Shown here: one piece after another, positions 1 to 11,677 of the stretch
Layout: each line of letters starts with the position of its first letter
Numbering within the stretch: the first letter of the stretch is position 1
NCBI GenBank assembly: GCA_038496445.1
Contig: JALMLS010000451.1
Coordinates: forward strand, 85,380-149,379
Source of the DNA: Trichosphaerium sp. ATCC 40318
Taxonomy: Eukaryota; Protista; Tubulinea
Length of the DNA: 64,000 nucleotides
Direction of reading: 5' to 3'
Position numbers and translations under genes: made by a program
Notes under the pieces: generated by a model
Seen by the model: only the letters and a program-made list of their open reading frames with translations
Databases searched by the model: none
What the model was told of the DNA's origin: nothing

Positions 1-347
1 AATGTCAAAATAACTTTGTAATATGGTCTAGGCTCTTCGGAGAACGAAACCGTGAAGGTATTGTATCTGGTGAACGTATAAAAGTTTACAAGTTATTTTG
101 TGTACGTTAGTAAACAACTATTATTGGACACTCCACCTCAACAACAGAAGCCACTCAAACAAAAGGCTCAGTAGAATATCTAAAACAATTACAGGCGCGT
201 AATCCACTCCTTTGTATTTTTCTCAATACCGTCAAAATAAAAAACAGTTCTTCTTGCTGTATTGTACACCTTTTTTCTTGTTTCATGTGCCCTTGTTTAT
301 TTCATCCATAGCAACTTTTACTATCACAAAAAGAATAGCTCGAAAAA

Positions 348-1172
348 ATGGCTCAAAACGATATTGAACAACCGTACAACCCAAATATAATACAACACCC
401 ACTTCAAATGGAAGACGAGGTAACAGATACGGAAGTTGTAAATCAAGAACAACCATACAATCCGAACATAATACAACCTCCACTTCAAACGGAAAACAAA
501 GCAACAGACACAAAAGCTAGTGATACAGACGATTTGGCACTAAGAATACAATCAAACGTGCTCGTCACAGCAGATACTAAACCGACTAAAGTGTGCGTGA
601 TGTTCTTTATGTACTTGTATTGTCGACAGCAGTCGATATTATCAACCAAAATCAACAAAAAAGTTGTTGCGCCTCCTTACAAAAAACCTTATTGTTGATT
701 TTGGTTGTAATAGCGGAGTTTTAAATAACTTGACTGCCGCAATATACAACTGCAAAAACAACTAATAATTCCTAAGAAAACTGGAGGGTCACGAGAGAAA
801 AGATAGAAACATGGCATGTTGCTTGTACGTCATCTAGTATCACCTATTTTTGTACAGTTTTGTTAACGTACCAACAAGATTTGTTCTTGGTATTTTCTTT
901 TACTTTCCATGGTGTGCTGCTGCCATGTTTATCACTTCCAAAGATAGGTTAACGAGGTATGATTCATAGGTTTTTCCCATTATTAATCCTTTTGTAGAGG
1001 TTTTGGCATCATATCTCTTATCTTGCTTGTGCTTGAAACAATTGGAACAACTGTTTATCTATGTCTATTGTTTTTTGTGTGGTCTTGAATGTCTGTTAGG
1101 CGCCTCGTCGCTGCTGTAACCATACTTGGCTTGTACAAGATATCTAAAACAATGAGCCAAGTACAAGAATAA
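348..1172 (+). CDS. Small membrane protein with duplicated N-terminal EQPYNPNIIQxPLQxE repeat (spliced)
   Basis: ORF at 348; repeat at about 366-413 and 447-494; later exons are hydrophobic; stop TAA at about 1170-1172 overlapping AATAAA. Exon structure approximate. Confidence 0.5.
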
Positions 1173-1689
1173 ACTCATATTTCGTTCAGTATTGCTTGCA
1201 ATTTACCAATTATATCATAAATTTCAAATATTCTACACCTGAGATTGTGCTAAGAGTGCCAACTATTATAAAGACGTTAAGGGTGCTAAGAAAAATAGTA
1301 CAAAACTCATACAATCACTTTGTAGTACATTTCTATCTGAGTGTTCCATAAGGAAAGCAACCGAAGAGTTTACACGAATAAACCAAAGTTCTGGCCTTAG
1401 ATGTCAGTGAGGGTACCGGAGTATCTCCTCTAATAGGTGTTGTAGAATTGATAGGGATCTTAAGAAAATAATTATTTGTTTTGAATTCGCACATGGAACG
1501 TGATTGAATACTCCATCCCGAAAAAACTGATTGAAATGATACTTTTTGTTTATTCACGTCCTAGTATCGATAAACATCACATCACAGTATGGATCATCCA
1601 TCAAAAAAGGTACACCATAGACTGAAGCAAATTTAACTTACATTAGACAAAGGACTCAGTTAATAGCTGTACAACACACTACACCTCAC

Positions 1690-2214
1690 TAATACGAATT
1701 CCAGTTGAAATTGCAGCACTATATTATCGGTTTAGACCACAGCACCTCTAAATTGTGGTCTCAAGTATCAAAATACGCAGCAACCACAACGCGATGTGAT
1801 ATCAATCTGAAAAAGAAAGGTGAAGTGAGGCAAGGAAAGTACAAAGAGTTTTATGAAACAGGACTATTAAAAAAATAGTGTAATGATGTCAACTACAAGC
1901 GACATGGAGAGCACAAGGTTTGGTATGAGAACGGTCAAATAGAGCAACATTTGTGCGAGTTGAGCTATTATGTGATGGGTAGAAAAGAAGGACAATCCAA
2001 ACTGTGGTATGCCAACAGTATTTTGAAACCACAATGTGATTTTGTCGGTGATAAAAAAGAAGGAGAGTTCAAGAAAAGGTTTGAAACTGGAGTTTTACAC
2101 ATACATGGTTACTTTGTCAGTGGAAAACATGAAGGAAAGTATAGAGTATATTGCAAGAACAAGGTCAGACATACCGTATCTTTGTACAAAAATGGTGAAC
2201 AAGTCCAACAGTAG
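1690..2214 (+). pseudogene. Decayed F-box-like + MORN-variant (YwqK-like) repeat gene, intronless
   Basis: IPVEIAAL..., then frameshift at about 1720 into IIGLDHSTSKLWSQVSK; repeats QGKYKEFYETG, HGEHKVWYENGQ, EGQSKLWYANS, EGEFKKRFETG, EGKYRVY; in-frame TAG at 1876-1878. Confidence 0.6.
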
Positions 2215-2970
2215 TTAGAAATAGCATGTTTTTTGAACTTAATAAATTAAGAATAGTATAGGCCACGTGAGTGTCTCCAACCTAGGCCTAATGAGTAGGG
2301 CAGAAAAAGACCAATGTACTCAACAATGTTCGGAGTGTCTGATGAAAGTGAATCGTCAATAGGCATTATAACAGTATGAGGATCTATTACTGAGCTAATA
2401 CCTGTATCTGTTGACATGTTGTCGAATGAAAATGCTATGTCTGTAGGAACACTAATTGTACGAAGACCTTGTACTGAGCATATGCCTTCAGCTGTCAAGT
2501 TTTCATTAATGCCTATGGTATGAACTCCTATTAAACCTTTGATACCTTCATCAATTACTGTCTTATCATTAATATGCTTGGAATATCATAAATATAAACC
2601 TTTTCATATCCAATTACGTCATGGATGATCAGCCATCAAATGACATGATTGTGCAAGTGGGTCAGTACCCTCAAAACTTAGATATCTACTAAACGCACAA
2701 TTGTTGACGCTTTTTGAACTCTACCTCCTCAACATCTTTCGGTAATTGGTCTTGCCGCAACTTCAAATATTTGAGTATCACAGTCACGTGATAGAAACTG
2801 TAGAAATACGTATTTATTTTCACCAGCAATGGCAAGGATATGTACAGGATGACTATTATGTCAATGAACGTCCAGAAAAGAAATATTTATGGTTTTTAAA
2901 CCTTTTATTTTCACTAAATAATATTCTTATGTTAATAGGTCGCGCATGAAACGGCACGTGGTTCACCAAT

Positions 2971-5221
2971 CTACATGACAGAGCATGCTTGTTTATTTGC
3001 TGATTTCATTCCGTACACCATCTTCGCAGTGTTGTCAGTACGGTTCATCGCTCGGTATTCGAGCCTATCTAGTGTGCTCATTTTCTAGTAACATATGTAA
3101 GGATAATGAACATTAAATTAGGCTACGTACATCAGCGTCTATGGCTTGTTGTTTCTCCCTTTCAATCTCTGCATCAATGCTACCGACTACTTGTGCATAC
3201 GTTTCTTCAAAAATGTGAAACAAAGCAATTTGTTCCGTTGTTTTACAATGAGTTTTAAGAACATCCTAGTAATTAATTAGACGCAACAATTGTGGCAACA
3301 AACTTACCCTTGCAACGGTTGCCTTTTCTTTAGCTTCTTCATATTTACCAGCCTTTGCAAGGCGCGCACATTGTTGACCTACATTTGCAGAGGTGATCAT
3401 AATATTGGCTTTGGCTAACACCTTTGTTTCGCTGTCACTTGCTTTAATTACTTTTGTGATAGATTTTAGTATCTTGACACCATTTAGGCGTGTGAATTCA
3501 ATGATAACCTGGAAAGGAATTTTGTTTGGTACTTCTACTCCTTTTGCAACTAAGGTAGAAAGTGAACAATAAATAAATGGTATAGCGGGTCATACGTGCG
3601 AATTCTACGGTACGCTCTGTATCTGTTGCAATATTACCCACCTCTATCTTGAGTACATTGCTAAAAAATATTAAACGACAGCCTAATAATGAAAATCCGC
3701 GCACGACTTGCTACCACCAGCTCCTTTACTGTCCTCGTAATTGATAGGCTTGATAGATTTATGGCAAACTACAAAGAATAAGTAAGATAATTGCATTGTA
3801 GCGTTCTAGTTTACCAACAGTAACAGTTGCATTGGTACCAAGAATGACTCGTCTTGCCATGCTAACCACGTGTGAGAATAACAAGCGATATTATTAGTAT
3901 TCGTACCTTCCAAAGTCCAAATCAGTAGCACCAGTTAGAGCGACGCTTCCTCCTGTGACATCAGCGAGCATACCCAAGTATTCAAGTCTTGTGTTGCTGC
4001 CTTCAATTGAGATCACATTGAACTCAACACCTTACCATATTTTAGATAACAGGACTTTGAGATTTTAGAGGTATACCATGTCGCTTAGCATATTGACCGA
4101 TTTGTCCATCATAAAATGCCTACATAATAAGCACGTGTACGCACAAGAAATGTCCAATACATACCTGGTTTATGTTGTGATCACCTTTTAGTGTTCCAAC
4201 GCCCATATTCGCAAGTCCATCAGTGCATACGAAAACCTTACTACCAGGCTGTCGCGAAGCCGTGACCTATTAATATTCCTTTTAGAGAAGTTACTTCTGC
4301 AACTGTTTTTTTACCATTGCAATTGTTATAGCTGGTCCTAGCGCGGTTGAACCACCTTCCTCGAAAGATTCTAGTTGTTTCTTTAATAGATCATACTAGT
4401 AAAAACGTCAGTACACTCATACTAAAGTTATCTTTTTCATGGAAATGTGTGGTTTTACTTGAAAAAAAATAGTTGAAGGCATTTGTGTACCGAAGCATCA
4501 ATACTGTCTTCGATGTTAATGTTCTCGGCCTGCTCTAGAAGAGTAGCGTAGTCATCAAGCTCTTTTACAGTCAACGTGTTATTACCGTAAACAGTGACTT
4601 TACTTGAAAAAGTAATAAATCCTACCCTATGCTCGCGTTATGAATTTAACTTGACATCCTTGTTATGAATACCTTTTCTTTGGGGTTTCTTTGCGCATGT
4701 AATCAAGTTGTGATTGAATTGCTTTTTGGACACACTGCAGACGCGAGACGTATTTTTTACCAACCTGTGTTGTTACACTCATTGATCCGCTACACTTGTA
4801 AGGGTAATAAGTTTGATTGAATATATACCTTATGTCAACTACAAATAGCACTAAAGCGTCGCTATTTTCATCGGTGGTAACTTCTTCTTTTTCTTTAGGT
4901 GGTGGTGACATGTAAAATTCTGAGTGCGAAGTCTTTGGTAACTCTTCCTCCTCAAGCATAGTCTCCTGTGAGTGGCTACAAAATTCGCAATCCCATGTGT
5001 CATCCTGTCTGTATTAGACGAGTTAGTGCTTATATGTGCAGTTTGGCGTACGTAGAGCTTTCTTTGTTGAATACAGCGCTACAATTTTCGCAACGAGTAG
5101 GATCGCCAGTTATGAGCACAGCAGACGATGACTGTACTAGTTCGCCAAGGTTTAACGACAGGCAGTTCGTTATTGCATCGTAGTCGTAATTTCTACAGAC
5201 GTAGCGGCTTCCAAATTCCAT
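2971..5221 (-). CDS. cpRas1-like protein: Sec23/24-type Zn finger + VWA domain, C-terminal CaaX (CSVM)
   Basis: CENC...WDCEFC zinc finger; LVLFVVDISGSM MIDAS motif; SRLQCVQ, TALGPA, FVCTDGLANMG; about 11 GT-AG introns traced in frame to ...KQACSVM*. Confidence 0.8.
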
Positions 5222-5454
5222 GTGTAGTTGTCTTCTTTGCGTTAGCTTAAAAGAACTATTTAAATCTATTCATGAACTGAAATACAACCGATTTTCTGCG
5301 TGTATTGCTAACAGGTCACACTGAAAACCAGCCAAAGGGCCTTCACATACATGTATTTGTGTTGGGGTAAATAGGTGCGCCTAAGACTTTGATCGACTTC
5401 TCTGTCGTGGTTTATTTTACACTCAACTCGAAAGACAATTGTGCGGTATTTACG

Positions 5455-6830
5455 ATGTCCAGTGAAGAAGAGGAGGTAAATTTGTTGTTTTAGATAGATT
5501 TGAAACTCTTGGCGTTAGCCTAACGTTTAAAAACTCGCCGTAACGCAAATTGTTTAGTACGTGTTTTATAAAGATAGACTTCAATGGAAAGATGTCGTAC
5601 CAATTAAACAAGACGACGGAGAAGCTCCAGTTTGTCCAATTGCTTATACCGCTGAGTGTACGACGCGTAATACGTCAATCTCATTGAAATAATATTATTT
5701 TGCAGTTGAAGATGTCATGAATTACTTCCGCGCTATGCTACAAGCAGATGAGAAATCGCAGCGAGCACTAGAAAACACTACCGAAGTAATAGAGTTCAAT
5801 GCAGCTAATTACACAGTTTGGTATTTTAGACGCCTTATGTACGCACCAAACTGCTTCATACGCGATGTCATCACTCTTACGCACCCATTAGCCTCAAAGA
5901 ATTAAATTCAGATTTAAAGGAAGAACTACAATTTGTATCTGATGAAGCTGCAGAACATCCAAAAAACTATCAAATATGGTATCACCGTAGAGCGATTGTT
6001 GAGATGCTAGGCGACAGCTCTCAAGAATTACAATTTACTAAGCTAGTTCATATGAATGACGCCAAAAACTACCACGCTTGGGACCACAGGTACTCAAACA
6101 AAAACAACAAAAGCAATCAACAAAATAATTTAATTTGACACGACACAGGCAATGGGTATTAAAGACTTTTAAATTATGGGACGGAGAGCTTGAGTACGTT
6201 GAGAAATTGCTCAGACAAGATGTGCGCAATAATTCTGCGTGGAACCAACGTTACTTTGTTATTACAAATACTACTGGTACGAACATGTGCCATCTAAAAA
6301 GATGTCACAAATGACAGTGTCAAAATATTGTGCTCACTTGCGATCTAATTTTGTTACTAGATATGAGCCTTGAAGTATGTAAAAAGGAGTCACTCTGGAC
6401 AATCGAAAGAGTAAAAGAGGCACCTAACAATGAGAGCGCTTGGAATTATCTTCGTGGGATAATGAAAGTAAGATTAGTACTTCTCGAATAAATATGTGGT
6501 AACATTCGCTAGGGATATAAATTCACAGATTTTCCAGAGGTAGTTGCACTTTGCGAAGAGTGTCCTAATAAATGGCCTGCGTGTGCTTTTGGACAATCAC
6601 TATTAGTTGACGTTCTAACCAGTCAAAACAAGTTAGCAGAAGCAAAAGAGGTAAAGACGCTCGCCCAACGCGTGTACTAACTTGTTTTAGGTTTGCGAAC
6701 GTCTTGCACGTGGTGTTGATGATATTCACAAAAAGTATGTTCAACGCCATTATACTATGCTTATTGCTTTTCTAGATACTGGGAATATCGTACAGCAGTG
6801 CTTGATAACAAAATTACCGCTCAATCGTAA
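5455..6830 (+). CDS. FNTA: Protein farnesyltransferase/geranylgeranyltransferase-I alpha subunit
   Basis: [74 protein letters not shown] repeats across spliced exons. Confidence 0.95.
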
Positions 6831-6938
6831 ATGCAGTGCCGTACACATGGTAAAATAAAACTATTGTTCAAGGAATATTTAAAATTACATTTTTATTGTT
6901 GTACAAATCAAACAAACTTATTTACAGGTTCTTTCACT

Positions 6939-8020
6939 TTAAGCGGCCATATTGGCAGAAATAAAGGTCATCCACTTAGCACGAGGAATACTCTCGGCGA
7001 TTACTCGTTCATGTAGTTCGGTAATAGAAATATTATTCACAGACATACCGGCATTGAAGAGGTTGAGCTTAACTAGCAAAGCTGCACAAGTGAAGTAGCT
7101 ATGGGTAAAAACATAAGAAACAGCTTTGTTTGATGAAGACGTACTCTCTCGCGGATTGTTCAATTACTTCTTTGTGTTCGGTGTCCTTCTTTACACGTAG
7201 AATCTCTGCTTCCTCACCAGACAGTTTTAGAGTGTCACACATCTTCTGAAGTTCTTCGATCAATCCTCTTTGGGATGCTAAACGTTATTAATACTACCAA
7301 ACAGACGCCTTTTTATACCATTCTTTTGTGCCAATCTTTCGTTCTCTTCTTGGAGTGCTGTTTGTTCGCGTTTGTAAGTTTCAAGTTGACGCTCTGCCCA
7401 CGCCAATTTGTTGTTTTTCAGCTCTAATTCCTGATCCAGGAGTTCGTACTTTCGCGTAATCGTTTTCAACTATTCAGAAGTAAGTACTGCAAAAAACGGC
7501 AACTGTTTACCTGCTCGCGAAGACCAACTGCATCACTCGTTGAGAGTTTGTTTTCTAGGGTCGAAATCTCAACTTTTTTGTCTGCAAGTTCGTCTCTTAG
7601 GTCGTTGTTGGTGGATTGAAGGCGATACACTGACTCTTTGAGGTGTAGGTTGCTAGTTTCGAGGTGCTTGTTCTTTCGCTCGGCACCTACGCGCTTTTCT
7701 TCCGCAGTGCTGAGTTTGTCTTGTAGTTCTGCAACCTCGTTTGAGTTCGTAATATTTGCACTCTATTTATGTAAGAATACAACTAAAACATTGTTCGTAC
7801 TGTATTACTAGAGCTTGAGCTGCTTTTTGAAGGCTCAAACGGAGTGAGGGAAAAAGCTTTGAGCAACGACTCCGCTTTCTTTGGAGCAGAGTTTGTGGAC
7901 GAAGCAGAACTCTTTGTTGGGGTAAGGTTTGTGCTATTTCACATTAATGGAATTTCCAAGGACAGTAGGTTAGCAAAGAACTTACCCAAAGGCCATAGAG
8001 AAAGGGGAGCCGAAATTCAT
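6939..8020 (-). CDS. Coiled-coil protein, unknown function
   Basis: Spliced exons rich in heptad E/K/L/Q; Ser/Pro-rich N-terminus. Confidence 0.55.
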
Positions 8021-8317
8021 TTTATATAACTAGTTGCTGCTTTTGTATTTGCTTTTCAAACTTGTTTTTAAGCCAAATAGGGTAACTATTTTTCAGTACT
8101 TTAGAAAATGTTGTAAACGCTATACTTCTCATGTACACGCTTACTTTATATAACCTTTAGCGCGGGGAGAGAACTTAAATAGATATTGACAACAACCGTT
8201 TCATTTGGTGACAAAACGAGCACTGAGTGACAGTTAAGCGCATTTGAAGGCGTTGTAGTAAGGTTGCGCACTAAAACCAATCACTAGAGAGAACTTGTCT
8301 TTACAACACACATCTTA

Positions 8318-9309
8318 ATGTTGGCTTACTCTGAGGTGGGAAACATGACGTGTCAGTTCTAACAAGTGTCAATAGTATGATTTTGTAATGTTCCTGAGCA
8401 CAGGCATGATAGTAGCAGCTATTGGTGTAGCTCTCATATCTATATGTAAAGTTTTGCCGATGGGCGTGTACGGTCGCTACGAGCCAAAGACAAAACTTTT
8501 GGGGATGAAAGTTCCAGCAAGAGTTGCGTGGGTTCTAATGGAATCTCCATGTACGTTTACCCAACCCTCTTACTGTCAAAAAAATTACTTACGTACATAG
8601 CTTCTATAACATGCGCAATTAGCTTCTTATTCTTTAGCGAGAAGTCTCATAGGGAAAGCAACGTTCAGCGCGTGTTTTTTGCCATGTTTATGTTACACTA
8701 CATACATCGCGCGTTTATCTTCCCCTTCATGCTACGTGGCGGTAAACCAATGGGCATAATGGCAATGTTTGCCGCGATGTTTTTTTGTACTGGCAACGGA
8801 TACATGCAAGGTAACCAATAACGGTCGTAAGGTAGTTTACGGCAGTTAGGGCGCACCATTAGCGTTTACGCGCCACTGCGAGACGACAGTTACATGTTGC
8901 AGTGGAATTTTATTGCGGGATGTATTGCATATTTTTGTGGCTTGATTATCAACACTCAATCCGACTACATACTCATTAACCTGCGAAAACCAGGAGAGAC
9001 AGGCTACAAGATACCCAAGGGTAGCTGTTTCGACTATGTCACGTGTACCAACTTTTTTTTTTTGGCGCCAATTCGCCAATTCGCAAACTAACGTACTAAC
9101 ACATAGTTTTGCTAGCGTCAAATTACTTTGGAGAGATGTTAGAATTCGCTGGCTACGCGTTGGCGAGTTGGAATTTCCCTGCTTTGGCATTTGCCAGTTT
9201 TACCGCCATTTACCTTTCTTCGCGCGCAATATTACATCACGAGTGGTATAAAAACAAGTTTGATGACTATCCAAAGGACCGTAAAGTTGTAATACCATTT
9301 GTATTTTGA
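8318..9309 (+). CDS. 3-oxo-5-alpha-steroid 4-dehydrogenase (SRD5A/DET2-like)
   Basis: YGRY, AWVLMESP, HYIHRAFIFP, NGYMQG, SDYILINLRKPGETGYKIPKG, NYFGEMLE, HHEWYKNKFDDYPKDRKVVIPFVF. Confidence 0.93.
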
Positions 9310-9483
9310 ACACAGGCAAATAAACACGTTACTTTGGCGCGTTTTGTAGTGAGTAGTGACAACCGTTTAGCCGTTTAAGCGGGTTTTATGAAATTTAGCA
9401 TGTTTTTTCTTTTATCAATTTTATTAGCCCGCTTTTTGGCGGTATTTCATAAAAGCTATAGCAAACAACGCAACACATCACAA

Positions 9484-11298
9484 ATGAGAGAAATCGTCCA
9501 TATTCAAGTCGGCCAATGCGGTAATCAAATCGGTTCCAAGTTCTGGGAGGTAATCTCGAACGAACATGGCGTAGACCAACAAGGTGTTTGGAAAGGCGAA
9601 CAAAACTCCCGCGAAGGTTTGAATGTATACTACAACGAAGCCAAAGGTGGCAGATACGTTCCTCGCGCTGTCTTAGTCGACCTCGGTAAGCTTTTCGAGA
9701 GATCTGTTTCAGAACGCTTATTTTTCTCGTGTAGAGCCTGGTACGCTCAACAACATCAAAGCTTCACCTTATGGCAAGCTATACAGACCAGATAACATGG
9801 TTTGCGGCACAAGTGGTGCTGGTGCAGGTAATTTACATCGCTATGCTTTACGCTCTAAACCGCTACTCAGGTAACAACTGGGCCAAAGGACACTACACAG
9901 AAGGCGCTGAGCTTATCGACAATGTTTTGGAAGTTGTTCGTAAAGAAGCCGAACAAACAGATTGTCTACAAGGCTTTCAAATCTGTCACTCCCTCGGCGG
10001 TGGTACTGGATCCGGTACGTTCTTTTTGCTTTTTTCACTTCCCGCCATTTTTTTTTTTAATGTTTTGCTGTTTTTGTTTCGCTCTTTGTACACCGTACTT
10101 ACGCCTTACCAGGTATGGGTACCCTTCTCCTTGCAAAAATTAAGGAAGAGTTCCCAGATCGCATGATGTGTACTTTCTCTGTTATGCCTTCCCCAAAGGT
10201 ACACTACGCTCTAGCTTTTAGCGAATTAACGCGAAATTAAGGTTTCTGATACTGTTGTTGAACCATACAACGCAACTCTATCCCTTCATCAACTCGTTGA
10301 AAACGCTGACGCTGTATTTTGCATCGATAACGAAGCCCTTTACGATATTTGCAACAAGTACGTATTAGTAAACAAAACAGTCGCTTTCGACCCTTTGTAA
10401 CAACTTTATAGGACCCTCAAGATGGCCACTCCTGAGTACACTGACTTGAACAAGCTTGTTAGCACTGTCATGAGCGGTGTCACTTGCTCTCTTCGTTTCC
10501 CAGGCCAACTCAACTCTGACTTGCGTAAACTCGCTGTCAACCTCGTTCCTTTCCCACGTCTTCACTTTTTCCTTGTTGGCGTAGCCCCTCTCTCTTCTCG
10601 TGCTGGTACCGAGTACACAAAGGTCACTGTACCTGAGTTGACCTCACAAATCTTCAACCCAAAGAACATGATGGCCCATTGCGATCCAAAACGTGGTAAA
10701 TACTTGACCGCTAGCGCTATGTTCAGAGGGTACGTTTTTGGATTTTTGTTTTTCGACGTGCACAATTATCTATGCCGTTACTCACGCTTTCCGTAGAAAA
10801 ATGAGCATGAAGGAAGTAGATGAACAAATTTGCAACCTCCAAGATAAGAACAGCCCATTCTTTGTCGAGTGGATTCCAAACAACATAACCCACTCCGTGT
10901 GCAACGTTGCACCAAAGGGCGAAAACATGAGCTGCACATTCGTCGGTAACTCTACAGCTATCCAATCCTTGTTCAAGCGTATTGGACACCACTTTACTGC
11001 TATGTTTAAGCGCAAAGCTTTCTTGCACTGGTACACTGGTACGTTGTTAATATTGCTGCTTGCTTGTTCGTAACTAACTTGTGTTTCAGGTGAGGGTATG
11101 GAAGAGATGGAATTTACTGAGGCCGAGAGCAACATGAACGATTTGATCTCTGAATACATCCAATACGAAGATGCTGAAGTAGAAGAAGTTGCTGGTGAAT
11201 ACTACGAAGACGAGCAAGGATACTACGACGAGGAAGGAGAAGAAGGCGAAGTTCAATATGAAGATGAACAAGACGTCCTCGAAGAACAACCTATGTAA
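9484..11298 (+). CDS. TUBB: Beta-tubulin (divergent), 7 introns
   Basis: [76 protein letters not shown]; acidic Tyr-rich tail. Confidence 0.98.
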
Positions 11299-11677
11299 AC
11301 AAGCCCTTTATTGTAATTATACCATTGTAGTAACCAAGTAAACCCACCTTTACGGTGCCTTTTTAAAACATGCACAGTTGTTGAATTGTCCATGGAGTGC
11401 AGGAGTTTGTCATTGAAAAATTTGTTGTTTGGTTGTTTGTGGCAAAATCAAATAACTTATTCGTATTGTAGGAAGCATAATCCAAAAGCGGTGTTGTTGC
11501 TTGATTGTTAAGGTTAAAGCCTAACACGTGATTTAGTTTCTGCCTTCTAGATGTTTTACGTGGCTGCCTGTTGCATAAAGTTCGCACAACACTATCGAGA
11601 CGAAGTGCTTACTGGCTAAGAAAACATGAACAAAGTAAGATAAGTTAAGGAAAATTCGGTTTGTTTTAACTGAAAAC

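Noticed and set aside
1876-1878. In-frame TAG as evidence of a reassigned stop codon
   Set aside because: Same ORF also has a frameshift, and intact genes in the window end in TAA, TAG and TGA.
2746-3490. Possible plus-strand membrane protein
   Set aside because: Most of it is antisense to the last exons of the VWA gene.
10562-11289. Antisense ORFs over tubulin and other highly expressed genes
   Set aside because: Shadow ORFs from codon bias with no recognisable protein motifs.
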